43,260 nt of DNA, taken from IMG/VR virus record IMGVR_UViG_3300017747_001658, positions 1 to 43,260 of that record. The stretch is one strand, 5' to 3'. Below, piece after piece: positions 19,188 through 26,716 of this stretch. Source of the DNA: a virus (Duplodnaviria; Caudoviricetes). The first letter of the stretch is position 1, and every line of letters starts with the position of its first letter. The notes beneath the pieces were generated by a model. The model made no database searches. It had not been told where the DNA came from and saw only the letters and a list, made by a program, of their open reading frames with translations. The position numbers and the translations under genes were made by a program.

Positions 19188-19978
19188 TAGGTTTGCCCAT
19201 CGTTCTTGATAAGGATCATACCGAAATACGAGGATAATGTATTGGTACCGCTGGATGTGATTGCCCTAGCTTCTATGTCAGATTTCTCTGGTATAGCAAT
19301 AGGATACGGAAAGTCATAATTGACCTGCCCTGTGGCAAACACTGTTACGGCTGATGTTACGAATGGCGAACCTTGGTTACTGACTACCAATCGACCCGTA
19401 ACGTACCCAGCGCCATTATCCTGTCCTGACAACCCGCCTACTCTCAAATATGCTGTGTAGCCTGCGGGAACGGTGTAAACTCCTGACGCTTCTTTATTAA
19501 AGCCGGGAGGTACCAATTCGTGCACAACAGCCGGTACACCTGTGGTTACAGTGCCAGTGCCAACATAAAGCGTGCCGACGTTGCCGCCGTTTACGCCCTT
19601 ATCAACAACCGTGATCCCTATTACGCGCAGGTAGGTCTTAGTCGTAGCTACTGCCGTCTGGCCCGCCAGCGTAATTCGTTCTGAAATAGGGTTGTAGTTT
19701 TGATCCAAGCCTTCAATCAGAACAATGTGTGCGCCTGTACCAGAAGGTGACGTGTCGTTAGCAGAACTCGATGACACAGTCATCGTTGCAGCAGTAGTCA
19801 GGTACACGCGGGCGGCGGCTAAGTTCCAGATGGGAATCAAGGTACCGTCCACTACTGTAGAGTACCCAAACTTGTAAATGGCAGAGTGCATCGTAATCTG
19901 CCCACGAGCCACCTGAAGTTCAAATGGCTCGTACTTGCCAAAGCGCGAGATTGACGAAGGCACACTGCCGATAGCCAT
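19187..19978 (-). CDS. Virion structural protein (beta-rich)
   Basis: 263 aa; FELQVARGQI...YTVPAGYTAY...IPEKSDIE. Confidence 0.65.
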   Translation of the reverse strand: MAIGSVPSSISRFGKYEPFELQVARGQITMHSAIYKFGYSTVVDGTLIPIWNLAAARVYLTTAATMTVSSSSANDTSPSGTGAHIVLIEGLDQNYNPISERITLAGQTAVATTKTYLRVIGITVVDKGVNGGNVGTLYVGTGTVTTGVPAVVHELVPPGFNKEASGVYTVPAGYTAYLRVGGLSGQDNGAGYVTGRLVVSNQGSPFVTSAVTVFATGQVNYDFPYPIAIPEKSDIEARAITSSGTNTLSSYFGMILIKNDGQT

Positions 19979-20964
19979 TACCGCATGCTCCCTTTACCCC
20001 AGCCTTTTTGGGCTAGGCCAACACCGCGCGGCTTACCTTTACAACCGCCTACCTTCGCCATACCGCCCTTTTTCATCAATTGGCTGGCACCAGCATTGTT
20101 TATACGCGGAGGTGGAGGTGCCGGAGGCTTAGCCATAGGCGCAGGAGCAGGCGCCGGGGGTTTAACCATAGGAGCCGGGGGCTTAACCATAGGAGCCGGG
20201 GGCTTAACCATAGGAGCCGGGGGCTTAACCATAGGCGCAGGTGCCGGTTTAAGGGCCGCGAGACCCGCAGGGGCGGGGGCGGGGGCCGGAGGCTTAGTTG
20301 CCGGAGCCGCAGGCTTAGTTGCTGGCGTCGCAGTCTTAGGCGCAGGTTTAGGAGCCGCAGGCTTAGTTGCTGGCGCCGCAGCCTTAGGCGCAGGTTTAGG
20401 AGCCGCAGGCTTAGTTGCTGGCGCCGCAGTCTTAGGCGCAGGTTTAGGAGCCGCAGGCTTAGTTGCTGGCGTCGCAGTCTTAGGCGCAGGTTTAGGAGCC
20501 GCAGGCTTAGTTGCTGGCCCTTTAGAAGATGACATCAAACCAGCGCCTTTAGGCCCAGTGCCTTTAGCAGGCATCGGTGACGGCCTCTTAGGCCCAGTTC
20601 CCTTAGCAGGCGTCGGTGATGCTCCCATAGGCTTCGTGCCCTTTGCAGGAGTCGGTGACGGCCCTTTAGGCTTCGTGCCTTTAGCAGGCATCGGTGATGC
20701 TCCCATAGGCTTCGTGCCCTTTGCAGGAGTCGGTGACGGCCCTTTAGGCTTCGTGCCTTTAGCAGGCATTGGCGACGGCCCCATAGGCTTAGTTACTTTA
20801 GTCTTGGTTGCCTTGGTAGGAGAAGTCTGCTTAACAGCCGGCTTAGGCGCCGCAGGCTTAACAGCCGGTTTAGTAGGAGAAGTCTGCTTAACAGATGGTT
20901 TAGGCGCCGCAGGCTTAGTTGCTTTAGTGGAGGTTTTTGATAAAAGGCGGGTGCTTCTAGGCAT
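19978..20964 (-). CDS. Pro/Ala/Lys-rich repeat protein (histone H1/AlgP-like composition)
   Basis: 328 aa made of KPAAPK, PSPMPAKGTK and APMVKPP repeats; coupled to the downstream gene. Confidence 0.7.
   Translation of the reverse strand: MPRSTRLLSKTSTKATKPAAPKPSVKQTSPTKPAVKPAAPKPAVKQTSPTKATKTKVTKPMGPSPMPAKGTKPKGPSPTPAKGTKPMGASPMPAKGTKPKGPSPTPAKGTKPMGASPTPAKGTGPKRPSPMPAKGTGPKGAGLMSSSKGPATKPAAPKPAPKTATPATKPAAPKPAPKTAAPATKPAAPKPAPKAAAPATKPAAPKPAPKTATPATKPAAPATKPPAPAPAPAGLAALKPAPAPMVKPPAPMVKPPAPMVKPPAPMVKPPAPAPAPMAKPPAPPPPRINNAGASQLMKKGGMAKVGGCKGKPRGVGLAQKGWGKGSMR
20155..20925. repeat. Nested coding tandem repeats (21-, 45- and 39-bp units)
   Basis: About 4x 21 bp (20160-20235), 4x 45 bp (20300-20520) and about 6x 39 bp (20540-20790). 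Confidence 0.85.
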
Positions 20965-20997
20965 GGCTGTCTCTTAATTAAGGTGTTTAACTGTACG

Positions 20998-21483
20998 TTA
21001 GCGCTGCTGGGGCCTCTGAACGAACGATGACGTTGGATTGCCTTGAATTTGCAAGCCGCCCTGCGGAGGACGAAACTGGCTTAAACTCATAGGCTTGTTA
21101 CCAAGAGCCGGGGGCATTTGCGGCGGCTGATTCATGTTCGGCGGCTGCGGCGCTTGTGGGGGCTGCGGAGGCTGCGGCGGTTGTGGCGGTTGCCCCATAG
21201 ACTGAGGCATTTGCGGCGGAGCCATCGGCTGTGCCATGCCACCATATGCGTACCCATGCAGTGGAGACTGCATCTGATCTGCCGGTTGCCCGCCTACACC
21301 ACCGTCGCTGCCGCTGCCGTCAAACCCAAGGTCAATTGGAGGATACTCCATACCTGAGTCGGGGCCGCTTATATTCTGAGTGGGCGGTACATTGCCCATC
21401 AGCGCAGGAGGGGTAGGGGAGGCTGTGCCTCCGATTGCGTAACCTTGTTGGCCCGGTTGCTCGCCTTGTCCTCCGCCCGCCAT
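20998..21483 (-). CDS. Pro/Gln/Gly-rich hypothetical protein
   Basis: 161 aa, low complexity, TAATG-coupled. Confidence 0.6.
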   Translation of the reverse strand: MAGGGQGEQPGQQGYAIGGTASPTPPALMGNVPPTQNISGPDSGMEYPPIDLGFDGSGSDGGVGGQPADQMQSPLHGYAYGGMAQPMAPPQMPQSMGQPPQPPQPPQPPQAPQPPNMNQPPQMPPALGNKPMSLSQFRPPQGGLQIQGNPTSSFVQRPQQR

Positions 21484-21644
21484 TAGATGAATCTCCCTTT
21501 CGTACGGCCTTTTTTAGCAATGCCATCTGCATGAGCGGCGCTGCCACTCTTCTTAACTCCTGTAAGTTTCGGCGCCATCTTTGATTTAGACCCCATTGGG
21601 GGTTTTGGCCCCATCCCGAACTTTGGGCGTACTGATTTAGCCAT
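21483..21644 (-). CDS. Small basic protein (53 aa)
   Basis: Hand-translated MAKSVRPKFGMGPKPPMGSKSKMAPKLTGVKKSGSAAHADGIAKKGRTKGRFI; C-terminus matches the upstream gene. Confidence 0.7.
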   Translation of the reverse strand: MAKSVRPKFGMGPKPPMGSKSKMAPKLTGVKKSGSAAHADGIAKKGRTKGRFI

Positions 21645-21646
21645 AG

Positions 21647-21943
21647 TTACACCATTTTGCCTCTGGTGCGGCCTTTCTTGGCAACACCATCAATTGATCC
21701 ACCTTTCTTGTAACCTGTACAAGAACCGCCTTTTTTCATCCCAGCTGGGCCAAACCCCGGAATCGGGCCGGACGTCTTAGCTGAATTGAGAGACCCCGAG
21801 TTCATTGCGGGGGCGCGGCGCGTGACCTTAGTCTTTACGGACTCTTTGTTACTCAGGGTGGGCATCCCACCTTTAAGCTTTTTCATAGATTTACCTCTGG
21901 CTTTTTCCTGTATGGGGGATAGCCCCCGCGATGGTCTGGTCAT
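21647..21943 (-). CDS. Small basic protein
   Basis: 98 aa; MKKGG/YKKGG motifs; ends DGVAKKGRTRGKMV. Confidence 0.7.
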   Translation of the reverse strand: MTRPSRGLSPIQEKARGKSMKKLKGGMPTLSNKESVKTKVTRRAPAMNSGSLNSAKTSGPIPGFGPAGMKKGGSCTGYKKGGSIDGVAKKGRTRGKMV

Positions 21944-22188
21944 TGCTTATCCACCTTGCCGTCTAGTTTGTCCATTATCCGGTTGAACATGCCTTTGATC
22001 TCAGCAATCTCAACACGGTAATCGTCTTTTCTGACGTAGCTTTCATGGAGGGTTTGGTTGGTGTCTTTGATGTCTTTCTGAAGCTCTTTGATAGCATCCC
22101 AGACCATCTTGAACAACCAACCAAACAAGGCCCCGACAAGTGCGATAACAGCGTCTACTATAACTTGCGGCTCCACTGGCGTAATCAT
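21940..22188 (-). CDS. Small membrane-anchored coiled-coil protein
   Basis: 82 aa; one N-terminal hydrophobic helix then coiled coil (YVRKDDY). Confidence 0.7.
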   Translation of the reverse strand: MITPVEPQVIVDAVIALVGALFGWLFKMVWDAIKELQKDIKDTNQTLHESYVRKDDYRVEIAEIKGMFNRIMDKLDGKVDKQ

Positions 22189-22466
22189 GCGTAGAAGATT
22201 GTGGCACTCGCCACATTGGTAAGGACTACATATACGCCTTCTTCAAACAGCACTCCTTCGCCGGGAATGGGGATGTACCCGTCATTTGCCACGGCGGCGG
22301 TGTTTATTGTGATGCTTGTAGTTGCGGTGCCTGTAGAGGCAGAGTCATAAAACACAGCCGTTCCAGCCGTAGTGCTATGACTCAACCATATACCTTTTAC
22401 CCTACACCGATAAGGCACTAGGTTAACCGTAGCTGTAGTGCTCGCTGACGAAACATCAGTTTGCAT
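22185..22466 (-). CDS. Small virion protein
   Basis: 93 aa beta-rich; IPGEGVLFEEGVYV. Confidence 0.65.
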   Translation of the reverse strand: MQTDVSSASTTATVNLVPYRCRVKGIWLSHSTTAGTAVFYDSASTGTATTSITINTAAVANDGYIPIPGEGVLFEEGVYVVLTNVASATIFYA

Positions 22467-22482
22467 AGCTATTGCCCTCTAG

Positions 22483-22923
22483 TTACGGAGTTGCTGGGTC
22501 TTGCGAGCCGTCGCTAGCTTTCTGTGCGTAGACAACAGTAATGAAGCCCGCACCTGCAACAGCCGTGGTGCCTGCCATGGTGACAGTTACCGCCACATCA
22601 GTAGTGCCGATGTTGGACATAGCCGTGAGCTGGGCTGCGGTGAACGTAATAGCCTGACGACCTGCAGCAGGAGTAGTAATCGCCGTTACATATGCGGCGG
22701 CAGTAGTGCCATCGCCAACAGCTAGCGTTGCGCCAGTGGTGAACGTCGTGGTTACATCAATGAAAATGTTCAGAATCTGCGCGCCCGCCGGTAGCGTACA
22801 CGCGATAGAAGACGTCAGACCAAGAACGGCTGACTGCGAAAGAACTGCAACGCCAGTGTTAATTCCGTCGCCATAGCGAACAGTACCGGAGCGAATGGGG
22901 CCAGAGAATGTTGAAAAAGCCAT
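22483..22923 (-). CDS. Virion structural protein (possible capsid decoration)
   Basis: 146 aa; MAFSTFSGPIRSG; GAGG RBS; first gene after the capsid terminator. Confidence 0.65.
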   Translation of the reverse strand: MAFSTFSGPIRSGTVRYGDGINTGVAVLSQSAVLGLTSSIACTLPAGAQILNIFIDVTTTFTTGATLAVGDGTTAAAYVTAITTPAAGRQAITFTAAQLTAMSNIGTTDVAVTVTMAGTTAVAGAGFITVVYAQKASDGSQDPATP

Positions 22924-22929
22924 CGAGTT

Positions 22930-23005
22930 TCCTCATGCACTTGCGCCTGAAATCTTGTGCTAGTCTGCTGGGCCAGTCTGACAGGCAATTTAGGATTCCC
23001 AGATT
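22930..23005 (-). ncRNA. Candidate structured RNA downstream of the capsid gene (possible Mu-gpT-DE-type motif)
   Basis: Leader with crossing pairings CTGGG/CCCAG and GCCTG/CAGGC and two CAGACT repeats; context matches the described Mu-gpT downstream element. Not tested with a covariance model. Confidence 0.45.
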
Positions 23006-23012
23006 TATGTTC

Positions 23013-23041
23013 TTTATAGGATATTTGCATTTACCTGTCAA
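23013..23041 (-). promoter_or_regulatory. Sigma70-type promoter TTGACA-17-TATAAA
   Basis: Minus strand TTGACAggtaaatgcaaatatccTATAAA, just after the capsid terminator. Confidence 0.75.
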
Positions 23042-23053
23042 GGAATTACGCAT

Positions 23054-23080
23054 AAAAAAAGGAGGCCGGAGCCTCCTTTT
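23054..23080 (-). terminator. Rho-independent terminator after major capsid gene
   Basis: Minus strand AAAAGGAGGC-TCCG-GCCTCC-TTTTTTT. Confidence 0.85.
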
Positions 23081-23103
23081 CTCGACCGGGAAACTCCCAA
23101 TCC

Positions 23104-24012
23104 TTAGCCCTGTGAACCGAACATTCCCAGCGGGTCGGAGAACCCGAAGCTGTAACGTTCACGAGCCTTGTAACGAGCGTTGCCCGTATCAAAGTCGCTG
23201 TCCATAGAGGTTGACAGTGCAGAACGTACGAAGTGCTTCATACCATTCGGTACGTCAGTCTGGAGGAACCAACCATTGGCGTCGGTTAGGAAGTGGTTGA
23301 TGGTGTAACCACCGGGGATACTGCCGTTGTTAACGAGGGCGTTAACATCGTTGTCAGTGGTGCCAACACGTAGCTGGGTTTCCAGCAGGCGGGTAGCAAC
23401 GAACTGCAGAGCCGGGGGAATGAACAACTTCTTTGGCTTTGCTGCGATGAGCAGGCCACGCTCGTCAGTCCACAAGCTGATCTGGATAACGGCGTTCTCA
23501 AGAGAAGTTTCGTTAAGGTCAGTCGGGGTAGACGGGACGTTAGAGATGGTTGAACCATTGACCAGCGGGTGGGCATTACTGAACAGCTCTTTACCGTCAC
23601 CACCAGCGTAGTTGCTGTTGAAGCCGTTGTTCAGAATGTTGGCACCTTTGATTTCCTTGGTGTACGCCATAGCACGAGCCAGTGCTTTGGTATAACGTGC
23701 AGACAGTGAGTCGTACAAGTTATCTTCTACAGCTTCCTCGGTCAGAGAGAAGCCGAGAGCGATGGTCTCGTGGGTGTATCGGGTAGACCATGCTTCCTGA
23801 GCGGTGTCATAGGTGATAGCAGAGCCTTCGTTCTTTACAGGAGCAGCGCCGAAACCGGACAGCTTCTGTTCTTCTTCAAAGGAACGGTCAGAACTTTCGG
23901 TATCGAACAGGTCTTTCCACTCTTCACCATAACGCTCATATTCCAGACCGAACAGGGCGTTCAGACCGGGGAGCAGTTCCTTAAGTAGTTGCGCGCGAGA
24001 AATAGCAGCCAT
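23104..24012 (-). CDS. Major capsid protein (Mu gpT-like family)
   Basis: 302 aa; AISRAQLLKELLPGLNALFGLEY, SDRSFEE, HETIALGFSLTEEA, YKARERYSFG; followed by a terminator. Confidence 0.88.
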   Translation of the reverse strand: MAAISRAQLLKELLPGLNALFGLEYERYGEEWKDLFDTESSDRSFEEEQKLSGFGAAPVKNEGSAITYDTAQEAWSTRYTHETIALGFSLTEEAVEDNLYDSLSARYTKALARAMAYTKEIKGANILNNGFNSNYAGGDGKELFSNAHPLVNGSTISNVPSTPTDLNETSLENAVIQISLWTDERGLLIAAKPKKLFIPPALQFVATRLLETQLRVGTTDNDVNALVNNGSIPGGYTINHFLTDANGWFLQTDVPNGMKHFVRSALSTSMDSDFDTGNARYKARERYSFGFSDPLGMFGSQG

Positions 24013-24025
24013 TGATAATTACTCC

Positions 24026-24661
24026 TTAGATGGGGGTAGACTGACGATAGAAATGCAGACCCCAGTTATAAATAACCTGAACCTGCGTAAACGTCCCATC
24101 GGTCAAAGCGCTTTCTTGCACTACATCAACAATGCGGAAAGGCAGAGTGGTGGTAGACCCCGAAGCGGAGGCCAAATTCAGAGACACCGTGCTGTTGCCA
24201 GAGGCATTAACGAGCGTAGCGGGCTGGTAGTACCCAATGTTGTTGCCGACATTGGCCTGAGTAGCCGCAGAAGCGGTGTATACAACACCAGAAGCATCAG
24301 TCAGGGTTACCTGAAAAACGGCATCCGGGTCGTCTACGACAACGGCGTACGCATCGGTAGCAGAGGTACCTGATACCCAGTTCTGAGAGTTCAGCGTATA
24401 CTTCAAGCCAGAAGACTGGGAGTAACCGCATCCAAGGAAAATACCAATCGGCTTCAGGGCAAAAGCTGCCTTGGCGCCAGAAGAGGTGTCAACACGAACT
24501 GCCTGACCGTTAGTATCCAAAGAGATAAGGTCACCAAAACCGATGTTCTGGGCGTAGCCAGAAGCAATCGGGATGTGTCGGGTTGCGCCCGCATATACAC
24601 GACCACCCAGCAGGTTTACCGGGAGGAAACCGGAAGGGCCGGGATTAAAAACACTAGCCAT
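24026..24661 (-). CDS. Capsid-associated (cement/decoration) protein
   Basis: 211 aa between scaffold region and capsid gene; GIFLGC, VVDDPDAVF. Confidence 0.6.
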   Translation of the reverse strand: MASVFNPGPSGFLPVNLLGGRVYAGATRHIPIASGYAQNIGFGDLISLDTNGQAVRVDTSSGAKAAFALKPIGIFLGCGYSQSSGLKYTLNSQNWVSGTSATDAYAVVVDDPDAVFQVTLTDASGVVYTASAATQANVGNNIGYYQPATLVNASGNSTVSLNLASASGSTTTLPFRIVDVVQESALTDGTFTQVQVIYNWGLHFYRQSTPI

Positions 24662-24691
24662 ATTAGACTCCTAAAATTGAATAAAGCTCAG

Positions 24692-25156
24692 CTATGAGCC
24701 TCTACCGAAAGAAACCTTCGTTCTGCTCTCCTTGAACAGGGGCATACGAGGGTCATTTTCACGCATAAAACTATTGTCAACGGCCTCTGCCTGACGATGT
24801 GTAAGATTTTCATAATAAGCCTTACGGGCGTCAGTGTTTTCGGACGTTGTTCTGCACAACACCAGACCACCGATTTCGATGATCCCTGTAGTGGCGAGAC
24901 CGAACGCGGCAAAGTCAGCTACCATCTCAGGATGATCTTCTGATTTGCACGGCTCCCATCCTTCTCTACGAGATTTAGCCATATTGTTTGGATCAGCACT
25001 ACCCAACATAGATACCCGAACCCACCTAAAATCATAGCCGTCATGCGGAGCAGGCGTTGGTAGGTCGTGTGCAGGCTTCCAAGAGACTTGGCGAATGTCC
25101 TTTTCCCGAGTTTCATTAGTGCGTGGTGCGCGAGTTGCGCGGTCTATGTTAGCCAT
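24692..25156 (-). CDS. Conserved head-module protein
   Basis: 154 aa; FRWVRVS...REGWEP...IGGLVLC...FMRENDPRMP. Confidence 0.65.
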   Translation of the reverse strand: MANIDRATRAPRTNETREKDIRQVSWKPAHDLPTPAPHDGYDFRWVRVSMLGSADPNNMAKSRREGWEPCKSEDHPEMVADFAAFGLATTGIIEIGGLVLCRTTSENTDARKAYYENLTHRQAEAVDNSFMRENDPRMPLFKESRTKVSFGRGS

Positions 25157-26120
25157 TGTTGCGTTTCTCCAATTTAACTACGTGTTGCGCATACTGTTCT
25201 GGGGTTACACCCAGTCGTTTTGCAATTGCGACCTGCGATTTGGTTAGTGTCATGACCTTTCTTGATGCAGAGGTTCTACCTACTGAAGCCACATTACTTG
25301 TTCGCTTAGATCGTTTGAAGTTGCCGGGAAATACTTCCCTTATGCGGGAGTCCACTCTTTCGTAGTATTCGTCGGAGGTGGGGTCTACACCGGATTTAAC
25401 TAGCTTTTCGTGCAGCCCATACGCGAAGGCAGTCATCTCTTCGTCTTTACCGAACCAAGGATTCCTAGAAGCCCAATTTTCGGCTTTATAGTCTCTTGGA
25501 GGCGGTGCAGGGGCCGTGTTTTGGTTACTATATACCGTACTATCTTCACGTTGTAAAGTATTTTGTTGCGGAGCCTGCTGTTGCTGTGAAAGGCGCAGAT
25601 TCGCAACCCGGTTACGCTCAATAGACAGAGCGTGCAGCTCATCTTGAGCCTCTAATACTCCGTCAGTGTCACCACTTTCAAACGCTCTTCGATATTTGTC
25701 CTGCGCAAGCTTCTGCGCATAGTCCAGCCTAGTCGTTGCTTCTTTGGCGTATTCCTGTTGCCCCCAAGTCAGCGTACGCTTCAGCTGTTCGTTTTCATCA
25801 ACAACTAGCTTTGCTAGCCGCAGAGCTTCTTCATTCTCTCGCGCTAGCCGTTCTTTCTCCCGCCGTTCATCGTGGACACGATGATTCAGCTGGTCAATTC
25901 GTTTCTTGACGCGCTTGGAGTAGCTCTCAACCTCTTCCTCGTGGCTGTCATCTTCAGCCTCAAGAGGTTTGCGTCCTTGGTCTTCTTCGGGGGTGTCGTC
26001 TACGATTTCAATCTCGTAGCCCTCATCGGCGTCATCGTCGTCGGCAAACCGCTTGCGTACCGGATTTACCTCTTCATCATCCCCAAAATCGTCTTCAAAA
26101 TCGTCTTCATAGCCCTGCAT
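25149..26120 (-). CDS. Putative scaffolding protein
   Basis: 323 aa; acidic N-terminus, coiled coil, NPWFG, C-terminal SQVAIAKRLGVTPEQYA; between portal and capsid genes. Confidence 0.7.
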   Translation of the reverse strand: MQGYEDDFEDDFGDDEEVNPVRKRFADDDDADEGYEIEIVDDTPEEDQGRKPLEAEDDSHEEEVESYSKRVKKRIDQLNHRVHDERREKERLARENEEALRLAKLVVDENEQLKRTLTWGQQEYAKEATTRLDYAQKLAQDKYRRAFESGDTDGVLEAQDELHALSIERNRVANLRLSQQQQAPQQNTLQREDSTVYSNQNTAPAPPPRDYKAENWASRNPWFGKDEEMTAFAYGLHEKLVKSGVDPTSDEYYERVDSRIREVFPGNFKRSKRTSNVASVGRTSASRKVMTLTKSQVAIAKRLGVTPEQYAQHVVKLEKRNNG

Positions 26121-26135
26121 AGGAATCTCCTAAGT

Positions 26136-26525
26136 TTAGTATGCCCTGTTAATACCGCGAGGGTCAGCAACTACACCCTCGATCATATCGTCATTGATGA
26201 TGATGAACTCTTTACCATCTACGCTAAACCGTGAGCCACGGTACGCACCAATGAGTACAAAATCGCCTTCTTTACACCACGCCCCCGTGGGGAATTTAGT
26301 CTCGTCCTTGTAGCACAGATCACCTTGTTTCAGTACGAGTCCTACAACGGCGCCAGCCTCTTCTTTGCGCAGGAACTCATGAGGTTTGATTATGCCTCCT
26401 TCTGTTTTCTCTTCGAGCTCAGGTTTGATTACCAACATTTTGTACCCGATAGGGTGCGGCAAGCGCTCGGATAGCTCTTCTGCTACGCCCAGTGTCTTGT
26501 CGGTGTCGATATTTGCTACTGACAT
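26136..26525 (-). CDS. groES: GroES/Cpn10-like co-chaperonin
   Basis: 129 aa; PIGYKMLV..EEKTEGGII, VGLVLKQG, GDFVL, FIIINDDMIEGVV. Confidence 0.82.
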   Translation of the reverse strand: MSVANIDTDKTLGVAEELSERLPHPIGYKMLVIKPELEEKTEGGIIKPHEFLRKEEAGAVVGLVLKQGDLCYKDETKFPTGAWCKEGDFVLIGAYRGSRFSVDGKEFIIINDDMIEGVVADPRGINRAY

Positions 26526-26710
26526 TAGTTTTCCTCTTGGTATTTTTGCAGGTCTTTTATGCGTTCCAGAGCAGAGGTCAGACCCGTGATTACCCCTACC
26601 AGATGCCGGTACTCGGCATAGTCAGCGACTGCGCCCGTGGCTAGGGCGTTTTTGCGTGATTCAATCACGGTCTCCAATTCTTTCTGCAGTACGTCAAGTA
26701 CAGTTGTCAT
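26525..26710 (-). CDS. Small hypothetical protein
   Basis: 61 aa helical; DYAEYRHLVGVITGL; TAATG-coupled. Confidence 0.7.
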   Translation of the reverse strand: MTTVLDVLQKELETVIESRKNALATGAVADYAEYRHLVGVITGLTSALERIKDLQKYQEEN

Positions 26711-26716
26711 TGTGTT

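Noticed and set aside
19985-20977. 330-aa Gly/Ala/Leu and 150-aa Arg-rich plus-strand ORFs
   Set aside because: Antisense shadows of the Pro/Ala/Lys repeat gene, against the operon direction.
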